NCBI RefSeq assembly: GCF_964355755.1
Contig: NC_092679.1
Location: 8,338,201 to 8,402,200, forward strand
Length of the DNA: 64,000 bases
Direction: 5' to 3'
DNA from: Antedon mediterranea
Lineage: Eukaryota > Animalia > Echinodermata
In this document: piece after piece, positions 26,801-41,800 of the stretch
How the letters are laid out: each line of letters begins with the position of its first letter
How positions within the stretch are numbered: the stretch's first letter is position 1
Made by a program: the position numbers and the translations under genes
The notes under the pieces: model-generated
What the model was told of the DNA's origin: nothing
Database searches by the model: none
What the model saw: the letters and a program-made list of their open reading frames with translations, nothing else

Positions 26801-29800
26801 TTTACAAAATTGCCATGAGTGCGCACATTTTTGCGCGCGCACTGCGCGTTAAATGTTATTGCGCACTCTTTTTGCCCGATTTCTGTTTTCTTGACTTACT
26901 TTTCAACTCGAAATTACGTTATATGAGCACGTCGAAAGTAAATAAAAAAATATAAATGTTTTTAAACATTTCAACATTTTTAAACATGTTCAGTAATTTC
27001 GGTCAGTATAGTTCACTATGTCGGTCGGTCTGTCTGTCTGTCGGTCTGTCTGTCGGTCTATCGGTCTGTCTGTCTGTCGGTCTGTCGGTCTATCGGTCTG
27101 TCTGTCGGTCCGGTATCACTATGCATTGTAGCACGCGACTTAATGGCTGTTTGGCCTTGTTTAGCATGGGATAATGCCATTTAAGCAGTTATAACATAAT
27201 ATATGACGTCACAACTACCTTATGACGTCATATTTACGTCATATGGTAATTTAAATGTGCTAATTGGGAAGTTTAATGTCACATTTATATCTCGCAATGC
27301 ACTTTGGTGGTCTAAAACCACCATTAAGGAGATATAGGGCTTCAAAATGATATAGTAAATAGCGGCCATTTTTAATTTATGCTAATTAACACACTTCCTG
27401 ACGTCCGATTTTGGTAAACTTTGGAAATTATGTTCATTTCAACAAGGAGAATGTTAGGAAACTTGTTTTTCTGCAGTTTCTAAATTGTTCGCATAGTATA
27501 ATGTCATTTAAGCATTTATAACATAATTTATGACGTCACAACTACCATATGACGTCATAGGTACGTCCTATGGAAATTTAAATATGCCAGTTAGAATGTT
27601 TAATATCACATTTATATCTACTCGTAATGCATATAGGTGGTCTAAATCCAACCGTTAAGGAGATATGGGGCTTTAAAATAGCAAATGGCGGCCATTTTGA
27701 ATTTATGCTAATTAACCCACTTCCCGATGTCCAATTTTGGTAAACTTTGGATATGATGTTCATGTTCACCATATCAACCAAATAAAACAAAAAAAAATTC
27801 TGTTGCAATTTGTTCTAGGTTCAACCATATTTTTACTGGACTATATGTAGTATGTACACAATATATAGTGTATACTGTAGGCTATATACTTGGACACAAA
27901 ATAGAGAGCACACTGACAACATTTTGTTTTCTTTCATAATCTTTTTTCTGTGCGCAGTATTCTAACTTACGACGTGCACATGGCGTTCTAAAATGCGCTA
28001 CATTTATCAGGACATTTTGAGCATTGCGAGAGACTTGTTTATCACAAATGACCTCTTGACCTATGATGTCATGCACTGCATGAGGTAACTGTGAACTGGC
28101 TTATTAAACATCACATAGGAGCATCAGTCCCTGCAGTGCAGGAATCTGGTTTAAATATGTTAATATAAAACAACATTTTTCTCACATTTTCTGAGTATTA
28201 GTAGTCAATTTCACAAATACATTTGTTGTTTGTGCTTATTTTTAGGAAATTGGTATTGACCTTGATGTTACTCTTCTTACTGCTGTGTGCAGACAAGAAG
28301 CCAGTAAAGGAAATTTGGCAAATGTTTACCAAATAGGTTTGAATATTTTTTATTCTATTTTTTATGTTTATTGAGTCAATAAAAATGCCTACAATACATA
28401 TTACTTTAAAAACATTAAACCAGGCCATTCCTTGTCTTAAATGTACATTTTATGTTTAATTTTGATAAAAAGACTGAGAAAAAGCAATGCACTACCTAAG
28501 TAAGAGATAACAAGCCAAGCCAAGAAGACGCTCTTGAAAAAACGCTCTTGAAAAATCTTCTTTATAAATTAGTTTTCAACTTTCTACCAGCTAGTGACTG
28601 ATAAATTGTCTAAACTGTTGTTTTCTTAACATGGAGATGTAATTTTTATTGTCAAAGTCAATATTATAAGCTGGATATTAAGTGTTTTTTCATGTTGAGG
28701 ATAGGCTCAAGCAAGGACAATTGATACACCAGCTTTCTATTGTTCAAGTAAGTACACAAGCTTTTTCCGCCTAATTTCAAACAAAGCTAACAATGGAAAA
28801 CCAATGGCCTAGCTATGGTCATATACAAGCTCCAAGCATCCTAGATATTACAAACTCTAGCTTTTATGGCTTTGATGAACTTAGAAGTCATTTTGATAGG
28901 CTTCCATTTGAAACATCGACTCCTGATAATATTGATCTATTCAGAAAACTAAGCTATGATTATGAAAGGAAATCTAAAGACGAGCTAAATATTGAAACAG
29001 CGCCATTAATTGAAGAAATAACACTCAACGATTACAGTCAGAATTGTGAATCCTCTGAGTTTGTGAAAGCAATTGACTGTTCAACTCAAACGCCTAAATG
29101 CTGGGACCAGACCCCATCACTAAAGCTGAAAATAAAGCAGTCTGATGAGAAAGTTTCTGAACTAAAACAACAGCTACACGAATTCAAAGAAATCCATTCA
29201 AATTTTGTACATCTTAGTACAGCTTTTAACACGTTCACTGCCACGGCGTATTTATACGTCAAAAATTGCGTGTCGCTACTTGCCAAGACGTAATACTACG
29301 TCAAATTCGTAGCACTTTTGTATTGTATGTAGAATCGCTGGCAGTGGTGATTGGAACAGGAATTATCGCATGGCAGTTTATGAATGATGTACGTAAACGA
29401 TAATCTAAAAATAAATGTCATATGTTTGTTTGTGTTTATTCCCTCATGCATTGAATATGGTTGATACGATGGCGCCCTCACACTCAATATAATCATCTCA
29501 AACATGTCATAAATTGCGCTAATAGTAAATAAAAATAATAAAGGATGAAATGATTCAGTGTGGTTTACTGTTTTTATCTCTCGATGATAGGGTGGGTCAG
29601 AGGATGGGGGTCAGATATTGACCCCATCATGATAGTCTGTGACCAGATGTTACACTTTCAAACTGTAATTTAATATGTAAACGGGACTTGGCACTGGGAC
29701 AGAAATTACGGAAAATGCCTTGGCAGTCAATGTGTTAAAGAAATGAGTGAAAGAAACTGGTCTCTTTGAGCAACAAATTCTTAGTTTACAGAATATTGCA

Positions 29801-32800
29801 AGTGAATCTGAATTCGAACTACCTAAAAAGTTTGTATCTAAATCTAATCTATGCTGTAAACAAAATGGCATTAGCACCATCTCAAGTAACACGTTTGATG
29901 TAACACGTTTGATGTGCTTGATGATACTGTACAACAACCACCATCTAACGTTGCCACACCGACTCTTGATCAAATAACATCGACACCTGAGCCATCTCTC
30001 ATCAATGTAAGTGAAACAAATACCATTAAACCAACGATTACGAATGACACCATTGATGAAGAGGAAGCAAGTTCTCAGACACCAACAAAGCAAATGAGAA
30101 CCGAAAGCTCAATCAAGAACTTACTTATTGGCGATTCTATGCTAAAGCATATCAAAGTTAGAGGCTTAAAAAATACCACAGTGTCCACACTACGAGGCGC
30201 TACCATCAAAGACGTACAGTAGAACAACGGGTTAAAGATACTGATCTAACAAATATCAACTACGTTATTACACATGCCGGAACCAATGATTGTGCATCCA
30301 ATAACTACTCTCTTCGAAAAGTAATCTCTGATATGAATGACATTATCAAATATCTAGAACCAAGAATCTGTGGTCAAGTGTTCATTTCTGATAGCTGCCC
30401 TCGTTTCGATAGATATATCTTTGACAACAGAGTCTATGAGGTAAACAAAGTTCTGAAATCAACGTTTGAAGGAAAATATATTGACAACTCAAATGCTTTT
30501 ATCATGGGAAGCAAGTATGACACAAGAAAATTTACACAACACGGTCTCCATCTAAACCAACTAGGCACTGCTGCTCTTCTAAAAAGCATCAACAAGCAAA
30601 TTGAAATACTGCCAACACGTAGAGTCACTGATAGTTCTTATGTTCATCAAGAAGCAAAATCCTGACGATGCCACTTCTGTGGGGAAACTGGACACAATGG
30701 AAGAGTTTGTCGACATGGCCATTCTATTGTCTGCTGGGACTGTAACAAACCAGGACACAAAACAAAATACTGTGATATGAAATTCAACAGAAACTGAAAA
30801 GTAGGCGATGAAGAGAATGCCACAGATAATACAAACGATACGAACTCTTCTACAATCAACTCAGAAAATGAAATTGACTCTGTTAAGGATAATTTGCTTA
30901 CAGATATTGGTAATGTATTTAATGGAAAAGGGCTTAATATTTTAGGTTTAAACATCGTTACCCTCCCTGGAAAATTTGATGAAATCAAATACTTAATGGA
31001 AAATAACAATATTGACATTGTAGCTTTAAATGAAACACGTCTTGATAATATTATAAGCGACAATGAAATTGAGATTAATGGTTTTAATGTTGTTAGAAAG
31101 GATAGAAACTGAAAAGGAGGGGGTGTAGCAGTATATATAAGTCAAAACTGTTCTTTCAATTATGAAATTTTAGAAAATTTAATGAGTCCTAATCTTGAAG
31201 CAATTGTTATCAAATTATTGCATGGTATCGCCCACCTAATTCATGTACTGATACATTTGATGAATTTGAAAAAATTCTTAAACAAATTGAAAGAGATAAT
31301 ACTGATAACGAAATTATTTTAATTGGGGACATAAACTGTGACCTTCTATCATCAACTCCATCTTACTATACTTTAAAATTAAAAGAATTAACAAATAACT
31401 ATCACTTAACACAATTAATTTCTGAAGCTACGCGAATTACAGATCACTCTAGTACTTTAATTGATCATATTTATGTTTCATCGCCAGAAAAAATAGCTAA
31501 CAGTGGTGTACTCCATACTGGTCTTAGTGACCACTCCGCTATCTAAATCAAATTTGGAAAAGCATACAAAGAGAAAAGTAACCATAGATTTAAAACAAAT
31601 AGGAACTATAAACATTTTGATGAAAATAAATTTAAAACTGACTTACTTAATACAAATTGGGCTGAAATTAAGAATTATACTGATGTTGATGATGCTGTTG
31701 ATTTCATTCAAAAAACCTTTCTTAATATTGCAAATAAAAATGCACCCATTAAATGTAAAAGAGTTCTCCAAAAAAACAGTCCATGGCTAACTAAAAATGT
31801 AATACTTCTCATCAGAAAAAGAGATGCATTAAAAAGACGAATAAATAAGAAAAATAGGCCTCAGCTTTGGCCTGAATATAGAAAATTAAGAAATCAAGTA
31901 AATTATGAACTTCGAAAAAGTAAGAACTATTTTTCTGAACAACTCAATACTAACGATCAGAAAAAGATATGGGAAAATATTAAATTAATTATTCCTGGCA
32001 AAACTAAAAGCATGAATATAACAAGTATTAAAACCACAAATGATGAAGAAAATGATGAAGTAACTAATTCTAAAGATATTGCAAATGTATTAAATAAATA
32101 TTTTGCCAATGTGGGTCCAACATTAGCTCAAAGTATTCAATCTACTAATCAACTCTCTAACTTTACTAATGATGTAAATAATAACGACAAATTAACTTTT
32201 AAATATGTTAATAAACAAGACATACATAAACTTCTTAACTCACTTTCATCAAAAAAAGCAACTGGAACTGATGACATACCAGCTAATCTTCTAAAAATCG
32301 CTATCGATGAAATTGTTTACCCAATAACATATATAATTAATTTATCTTTAAAAAATCTAACTTTTCCAAAACAATGGAAAAGGGCCAAGATCTGCCCTCT
32401 TCATAAAGGTGGAAATAAAAATGAATGTAATAACTATAGGCCAATTTCAATTCTCCCAATATTATCTAAAGTTCTTGAAAAAGTTGTATTTGAACAAGTT
32501 TATGATTTCCTAAATCTAAACAAAATGCTATATGAAAATCAGTGGGGTTTTAGACCAGGCTACTCAACTACGACTGCATTGCTTAATATCACAGAGACCT
32601 GGCTAGAAGCCATTGACACTGGAAATTATATTGGGTTAGTAATGATAGATTTGAAAAAGGCTTTTGATACAGTAAATCACAGTATTCTTATCAATAAGCT
32701 AAGATCTTTCAATTTTCATTCAAATGTTATTCAGTGGTTTGAAAACTACCTGCATAATCGTGTACATATAACCAATGTAAATGGTGATTCTTCTGATGAA

Positions 32801-35800
32801 AGTCACAGTATATGTGGAATTCCTCAAGGGTCCATCCTAGGACCATTAATGTTTCTCCTTTATGTTAATGACTTGCCTAATGCTGTAAATAAATGCTCGG
32901 TTTCTATGTATGCTGATGACACTGCCATATACTACACTTCCAATAATATTAATAACCTTACTGAAACAATAAATTCTGACTTATTGTGTCTTAAAAGATG
33001 CCTCCTATGCAACAAACTTAGCCTAAATGTTTAAAAAACTGAATTTATGTTAATTGGAACGAGACAGAGGTTAAGTAAACTATCTGACTTAAAAGTCAAC
33101 ATTAACATAGATGGAGAACCAATCTCTCGTGTAAATAAATGTGAACACCTTGGTGTGATATTAGATAATAATCTTTCTTGGTGCTCACAAATCGATAATG
33201 TAAAATCTAAGGCTTTGCAGAGCTTGTACTACTTAAAAAAGACTAATAATATATTTCCAAAAGAAATTCAATGCAAACTATACAAATCACTTATGGCTCC
33301 TCATCTTGAGTATTGCCATGTTGTTTGGGGACGTTCAAATATAACTCAAAGTAAAACACTACAAGTTCAGATCAGTTCAAAATCGCACAGCAAAAGTTAT
33401 TACAGTACAAACAAATCTCAAACCGACTCTAGTACTCAAGCTCTACAAAGTCTAAATTGGATGAACTTAGATGAAAGCTATTGTTATGTTTAAGATTATG
33501 AACAACCTTGCACCTCCATATTTATTAAATAAGTTCAATATCAAAAACAATTACTATAATATTAGAACTAAGCCAAATTTAATAGTACCAAAACCAAAAA
33601 CAAACTACAAAAAACGTAGCTTATCATATAGAGGTGCCAAGGTTTGGAATGAGCTACATGAAGATATTAAAAATGTGAACTCTGTCTCTCTTTTTAAGAA
33701 ACTGTTAACTGCTAATTTCATGTAGCTTTATTTAAATGTAGTGTATTATTTAATTTTATAGTTAGTATTAAGTGTATCCTTGTTTCATTTTATTTCATTG
33801 TAATTGTTTTATTATCTGCTTTTGTTTTTTGCTTCTGTAATTGTTTTATTATTTGATTTGATATCTGCTTTTTACATTTATTATTGTTGGTGTTTTCCTT
33901 TGAGCACGGTCTTACTGAAAAACAACTTTTAGTTGAGTTAAGTATCCGTGATTAAATAAAGCTTATTATTATTATTATTATAAGTAGGTCGCATCAAATA
34001 TACTCTTGTGGACGGTCTTAGACCTAGCTGGTAAACATAGATTACATAGGAACATCATACGCTAGGTCTAGCCTGCCGTTGTCTAGTTGATGCATTAATT
34101 GGATTCACGATGAGTTCACAGGTTCACCTTGCAACAACTACCTTTTTTTCGTGAAGACCCAGTTATTAGATTTAAATTTTTTCAAATTTACCGTTTAAAG
34201 ATTAAAACAATTATCGCAATAGGCCCATATAGTTTTTAGTCGCGTGCAACTCGACTCTACAGCTCACTATGTCGGTCGGTCGGTAAACACTTAACTTGAG
34301 CATGCGCCTGCAGCCATGTATATGGCCTTGTTGTTATAAACATAAAATGCAGTTAGATTTTTAAAAACTTAGCACATTTTATACGATCTTAAAAAGATCA
34401 CCTATTGTACACAATATTATTTGTCATTTTCATTGTTGGTCAATAACCTATGTATTAAATATTGTACTTTTTTCTGCATACTTCTTTTTAGTTATTTGCA
34501 CTTGACAGGTATTGTCTTATCAGGAAAAAGCCTACTGCGGGCGCAGTACTCGGACGTTAATACTATAAATGTTATATTGTTATATATATAGGTATATTAC
34601 GTAGCCTATGTAAATATGTGAATGTGATTGGTTGAAACTGCATCACATGACTACTGCTGCGAGGATTGTAAATTGTATATTTCCTCAAGTACAATGATAT
34701 TGACTGAGTATTTTTCGCGTGATTATTGTGTCCCTGTCATTAAACATTGAAATCCAGTAAATTCTCGAGGAGTTTGATATTGACTGTGTCACTCGCGTTT
34801 GGTGATAAATGAACAAAAGTCAGCTGGCCTAGAACGCGAAGATTCGTTCACATCATCACGAGACAACATTTTACACGCCACGCAACGTACCTTGCTTCAA
34901 GAAATAAATCTACTAAACTATTTAAACTATGCATACATAGCACCCTCATTTGTTATTCGCCCTCTATAGACGCGACGAAATTCTGACTACAAAATAATGG
35001 CCCATGCCCTGTCAGCGATTTTTTTTTCCGTACGAGAGTTCCTCCATCGGTTCGTTTCGGACTCAATCGACTCTTCGGTAAGCCACCGATGCTCACTGAT
35101 GCGCGACAGCAACCACAAGACAAAACGTGAGCAGCTTTTTTGCACGAGTGACAGATTTATACTAGGCCTATTATACTATACTCACTGTAAATATAATAAT
35201 AAATATTAATAGTAGTACTGAACCTCATTGTAATAATAATAATTTTAATTTTATAATACTGTATAGGCAGCCACAAACCAATGTATGTACCATCAGATTC
35301 ACAAACAGTAACACACACACAGCAGCAGCACTTATTTTGTTGGTCGTCACAAGCAAGGCCTAGCTAGGCCTAGCCTAGTCTGGGCTCCAGACGGAGTTTT
35401 GTCTTAATATTAGTAAAAATATAAATATTTTTGCACATATGGCGTTTCATACGTGTATTACTTGAGTTTGGATACTCCGTCTGGGGAAACACGCACAAGT
35501 CACGTGGTTTGACACCAAGAATTCTTGGTGCATACGATTATCCGGTTGACTAGTTTCAGCTGCATGCGATTGGCTACTCACTCGTACACTGTTTTAATAT
35601 TCATATTTCAGAATTTCAAAGACTCAACATCTAAGACGAGACGATGCACATGCGCTATATTACGTTTAGACAATGTGTACTTGGGTACATTGATGAAAGT
35701 TTCTGAAAGCTAGAAATGATTTTATATGCCTAGTAGTCTGGTAAACATTTGATGGGATTTTTCCCAAGAACATGAAAACTTGTCTTGATATGATAGGCTA

Positions 35801-38800
35801 TCTTCTCCGCAAATCAAACATTGAATGGATCATTTATTATGCGGAGATAATTTAATTTATTTCCCACCCATCCATACCCTGTCCTGTTCTTTGTGGTGGT
35901 GTAGCCCTGCTGTGTGCCGGTGTAGCCCTGTTGTGTGCCGGTCGGTGGTGGTATGTACCTTATTGGCGTTCTATTTGGCAGGTCATACGTACGAGTTGAG
36001 TATCCCTACGAAGGAGGCCTAGGCCAGGACTAAACAATTAATAAACAAAACAACTTGGCAACACGATTTTATATTTCAACAGTTGTTCAGTCTCGATCGT
36101 ACATTCAGCACTGTACGTACTCTATCTTTTTCATTTTGAAACAAAATGATCATTGGTTGATTCGAAATCCATATTTACATACCGCCCGCCCCATATAGCC
36201 AAATACGGTATGATAACCTACGTCATTCTTATCGGATGTTTGCGGTCTGCAAATCGATTTCTATACGTGTTTCACAAGTCTGTATTTTCAGAGAAAAATC
36301 GCGGTCGAAATAAAAACAAATAAATATAAAAAAAGACAATAAATACAGACTTGGGGCAAGTCTAGGCCTAGCCCTACGTGTGCTTCAATGTAGTACATTT
36401 CCATCTACAGTACTATTTTTTATTTTAATAAAATGAAGTAGTAGGTTAGAAATTATATGTACAGTAACACTAACAGAGGTTTTTAAGTGTAAACATTTGA
36501 AAAAATTGTACATTTACAGGTCTAGTAACATGTATTCTTGTAAGTTGTAATGTAAACCATGGAGTACTTCATGATAGAACACATGCTTGCTTATAAAGCG
36601 TTTATATTGTGTTAATTTAATAATTATTGATATCTTGGCCGGTGGACATTTTGAATTAAAATGAACATTTTTTTTTGAATAAAAAAAATAAAATCAAGAA
36701 TATGGAATACAGAAAACCGATCTTCATGATAAGATGATAGTATCACAACCTTCCTTGAAAATGTGTTATTATTAAATGTATTTGTAGTCGTGTCAGTACC
36801 GTAATTGAATGTTTTTTTACTTTGCATGTATTTTTTATTATTTTCCAAATTACATATACACATAATAAACAATAATAGTTATATAAGGCCAATAACTTAA
36901 TTAAAACTCCAAAATGGCCTATTATTAAAAGTCTGAAATCTTTATTTTCCATGATTGGGGATAATACGTACATCTTTAACGTAAAATTTCCATCAGCTTA
37001 CAATATAAATATTAATTTAATAATATTATTTTAAAAGGTATAAAAAACATACACTGTGCATAGGAATTCTTACTGTACATAATCATTTTAAATTCAAAAG
37101 TAATACATTGCCTAGGCCTACACAAGCTTGGCTATGGCTAGCTATGGGCTAGCTACATAGCAATACCATAAGAAAAGAGCCTCTCGTTTGTGACAAAAGG
37201 TCGTTCAACTTCAAAAAAATAATATCTGATACGACCTACTACTATTGGGTCGTAGACCTAAATATCTTTAATATGCTATTGGGTTCTTAATGTAATTACT
37301 AAGTAGGCCTAGTTATTAATTAATGTCAATCAAAACTCGTATTAGTGTAGATTTATTTTACTATTGTGAGAGCCTGTTTGAAAGTAAGCTCGCGGTTTGT
37401 AAATGTAAATTGTATTATGTTGTCACGCATCAGTGAGCTGACTTTACCGAATACCGAAGAGAGTCGATTGAGTCTCCGAAACAAACCGATGGAGGAACTC
37501 TCGTACGGAAAAAAAAATCGCGCCCTGTCAAGTAGAATACAAAAAGTAATAATCACTGATTCCGACCAAAAAAAAAAGCTGGAGCAATAGTTCTTAGATT
37601 TTGTAAAAGTGTTCAACTCTTTAGATAGATGTTAAAAAGTTTGGATTTGGTAGGCCTATCTTGTTCACCAAATGATAGGGCTCCAGCCGGTTAAAATCGG
37701 AACACTTACATTTTATCATGTGACCGACAATCGTCCAATCAAATGACAGGAATCTATTTAGGTGATATATAAAGTGTTATATATTTGTAGTATGTAAAGG
37801 TATACAATGTTTTTTTTTCTCAAATCAATCTCTTTATTCATTAATACAATACAAATAACAAACGAAAGAGTACATTTAATGACGATAAAAGGAACCTCCA
37901 AGAAACCCCAAGGGGCTTGTGATAGGAGGCCCACTATAGTTACATTAAGTTAAATAATAAATAAATATATATATAAATATAAAAGCCCATGTATATTTCA
38001 GTTAAAATTATTATTTTTTTCTAGTTGAAGATTATCCTAATATACAGGTTGGACTATTTAGAACAAACATCTGTGAAGGATTTGTCAAGTAAGTACCAAT
38101 AACTAATATAATTTCTTTTCATCCTTTAAAAAAAAAAAATGTATTAGACCACTCATAAAACGAGTGGTCTTATGCAAGCAAACCTTAAATGTTATCAGGG
38201 CCTTCATTACCAACGCCAAGGAGGTTATGTTTTCACCCCTATTTGCTTGTGTGTAAACAGCTTAGTGGCCACAGTTTGTATCCAAATCACACCAAACTTG
38301 GACATGATCATCTATGACCCAAATTTTCACCAGAGTTCGATATTTGATTATAAATGTTACCATATAACTAAAAAATTAAACCTCCCCCCTCGAATAAGCA
38401 CCTCCCTCCGCCTAAAACCCTAACTAACAATAAACATGGTGCATTACAGAGTGGGTTTATTTTTACAAATAGCAAGCATTTCAATAATGGTAAAAGGCCA
38501 ACAAGAATTAAACTAGACATCATGACATCCGATAGAAAAAAGTTTTACATGAATTCATATCTACAACAGCTTCTATAACAATTTCATTTTGAAGCGCTGT
38601 AATAGATTAAAATATATTGTATAGTTAAAATTTGGTCATCCACGTTATTCAAATTTGTAACCATGGTGACCATGATGGCTACAGTGTAGCATAGAAGAAA
38701 TTACAAGACATGACCCATCTTTTATTCCAATTTTAACATGATGACGTCATCAAAATGCAAAAGAGAAAAAAATTCATATTTAAAAAACGTGTGTGTGCGT

Positions 38801-41800
38801 AATTTCTTGTGTAACACGCCATTTTTACATTGACTCCTTATAAAAAATACAATTGTTATTAAACTTTAATACAAGTTTTAGAGATATCCTGTCAAATAAA
38901 AATTGTGGAAAGAAAAAAGAATAACAGAAGGTGAAAAAAAAAATCCATACAATCACAAGGTGATCGATCATTTTATTCTAAATGATCACCTAATATAAAT
39001 AAAATGAATGAATAAAATTCTCATATGACAGGAATTATGATTTTGTATCGCGTCATGCCTTTAGAACGGAAGCATAGGTAACTGTATCACGCGGATGCTT
39101 ATAGTTTAATCATAGAGATATTATCTCTATGGTTTAATAAGACTGAAAAAATGAGAATTTGGAAACTCTGACTAGACATGCACAAACCGCAAAGCACGTC
39201 TTACACAAGAGAATGCTTTGTATTGAATAGTAGATTTTTTTTTGTGTATCGTTTTATCGTGTATCTCCCCCAACTCCCAAAATTAAAAAAAAAAAAAAAA
39301 AGATTTAAAAGTGTTTTTGTTTTCAGAAATCCTGATGTTCATTCTTTGATGAAGTTGTGGAAATATAGCTTGTTTCATTTTGAGGAAAGTGAATCGATGA
39401 GTAAACCAGGTATTATCCCATTTTGTTCACATACGATTTGTAGCTTTATGCAGGGTTCGTACGCGTCCTTCAATTTCTTGAAAGTCATGGAAAAATAAAT
39501 TACTTTTCTCAAGTTCTGGAAAGTCCTTGAAAATTGACATTTGTCCTTGAATGTCCTAAAAAAAGTTATAATATAGAAACGTAATATGAATTCTTTGTTT
39601 TAATGATTTTAAAACACAGAACACTAATAATTATTTATTTTTGTTAAATGACACCCCTAGATGGCCGGAAATGGTACTCGCACATGTAAAATTCGCCGGA
39701 AATTGATACTTCATAGTGAGATTGGTTTCATTTAATCATTTATTTTGTCATTTTTTTTGTGTGGAAGTGATTGACTTTGTTAAAACTACAAAATTGATGA
39801 TTTTATTAATCTTCATTTTTTATCTTTAATCATTAAGTTAAGCTACTGTACCTTTTTTACTTTTATACTGTTTTAACATTGTAATAATTTTAGGTCATCA
39901 ACCACATTTAAGCTGTAGTTTCTTGTTGATTTGTCATTTTATCTTTTAATGTATTTTAATCTGTATTTCCTCAATTTTCTTTGGATGAATAAATGAAATT
40001 ACAAAACTAGATTTAATTCGTCACTATGACGAATTACAGGTTATATGCATTGATTATAATATAGATAATTGATTTTTAAAAGATATATTGATTGATTGAT
40101 TTTCTCAGGATCTTTATAATATAGGATAGGATCGTGCTAACGCATTTACAATAGCAAGTATCACAATCCAATCAAAGATCCCTCTGCGTATAATGTCATA
40201 AACTACATTTTTTACATAATAATAATAGTTACTTTTTATCTAGATTTCATTATAAATCATGTGCATAATCTATACACTAAGAAATAAAATTGAACAAACA
40301 ATACGGATAATAAAAAATTTTTTATTTCGTCTCGTTTCCCAAGGTGAGACTAAATAGTAGTTTTTCCCTGCCCTGTCTGTGACAAAAAATGTTCTCACCA
40401 CTCAACTCATAAGAAGCCTAGAAACCATCAAATCTGTGAGGAATGATCACCCAATATATTTTTATGTTACTATATTATTGTATATTATTGTTTTTCCACA
40501 GAATATGTTGGCTTAATTTTAATGAATTTAATTGATGCCATAACTGAGGAAGATGGTCTTCGTTTGCGACCTCATTTGGAGTTACTCTTCAACAGTTTTG
40601 TTGATGATGTGAGTTGAATCATTTCAATTGTAACATGTTCAGGTGTAGTTAATGTGGAATTAATTTTCTAAACTAGAGGATACACTTGTTATCCTCTAGT
40701 AAGTGCCCACAGATGGTTCTAAAAAATTAGCCATGTGTCTCTTGACCAGATTAACATCATTTTAGAGTGGTCACTTGGGACTACTAAATACTGTCTCGGG
40801 TAACTTAGTGTACGTTCACACGTACGGTGTAAGAATGGCATGGCTTACACAAGCGGTAATGTAATCCACGGATTAAAATGATAATGTGTTCACACGTACG
40901 GCGTTTGTTATATTAATGATTGCCGTTAAACAAAGAAGTACCAAATTTACGTTTTAAAAGTTAAACTCTTGGTTCTTTTTTAGATGTTACACTGTCTTGA
41001 TGACAATCTTTTGCTTTCTTTTAACCATTTCTTGAAATATAGTCAGCACTTGATTTCTAAATCAATTCTTTCCCGAAAAACATGCTGCTTTTGGTCATTT
41101 TTACTTTTATTTCACCCTAAACAATTAGACCAGTCGGATCTGGAGGCAGGTGTCACTTTTCTGCAGAATTTTCCAAACCAACTTTTTCTAGTGCATTTTT
41201 TGACGTAGATTACGAATCTGGTTGTTGATCGGACTAACGTGGGGGCTTTTTAAAGATATAAACGTTTAAAATCTTGATTTTTGAGAGCAGAAATTAATCA
41301 AAATAAAACAAATTTAGACAATAGAGGGCGCACTTTCTACATAATTATGAGTAAATTGGATTAAAAAAGACTTCGTTGCTGTTAATTTTATTCACGTAAA
41401 TGTGAAAATAATTTATAAATCTGATCGGTTTTATATGCTGAAATTGTTTTAGTAATACACTGTGTAGTATAAAGTTAGTTAGAACTTTTCATTTTCGCGT
41501 TTTCAGTGATCAAAAATGATATTGTCTAAGGCCTAGGCCCGAATATGAATGCTTCCAGCGTACGACGTATGTAAACAAAGGACGTTTAAACCGCGATGAC
41601 CGCATATAAAGTTCGCTCAAGTGAATAGTGGGTAGGCTTTTACTAGCCTAGCGTATTGTGACCGTATGCATGAAACATCTTTCTCTAGCTTATTTTGCAT
41701 GCAGCGCTAGCTTTACATAAACATGTGTACTACTGTTTTTAAATTTTTTCCCCCGATTTTTAGGTGGTGTAAGGGCCTAGAACTTATATTATTATTACTG

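Larger units (their letters stand above)
28480..33980 (+). mobile_element. Near-full-length decayed CR1/L2-group non-LTR retrotransposon (5' boundary approximate)
   Basis: ORF1 remnants (coiled coil, SGNH esterase, CCHC knuckles); ORF2 with APE endonuclease and RT; 3' AATAAA plus (TTA)n tail. Confidence 0.93.

Noticed and set aside
24548-27808. Paired 73/76-aa ORFs (MQQNFFLF...) on opposite strands
   Set aside because: Artefact of the inverted arms of a foldback element; no ATG start and no domain.
34580-37775. Crypton-like non-autonomous elements (TGATTGG..CACATGA ends) or a hidden promoter/gene
   Set aside because: Only a weak end-motif resemblance; no recombinase ORF, clear boundaries or exon chain could be supported.
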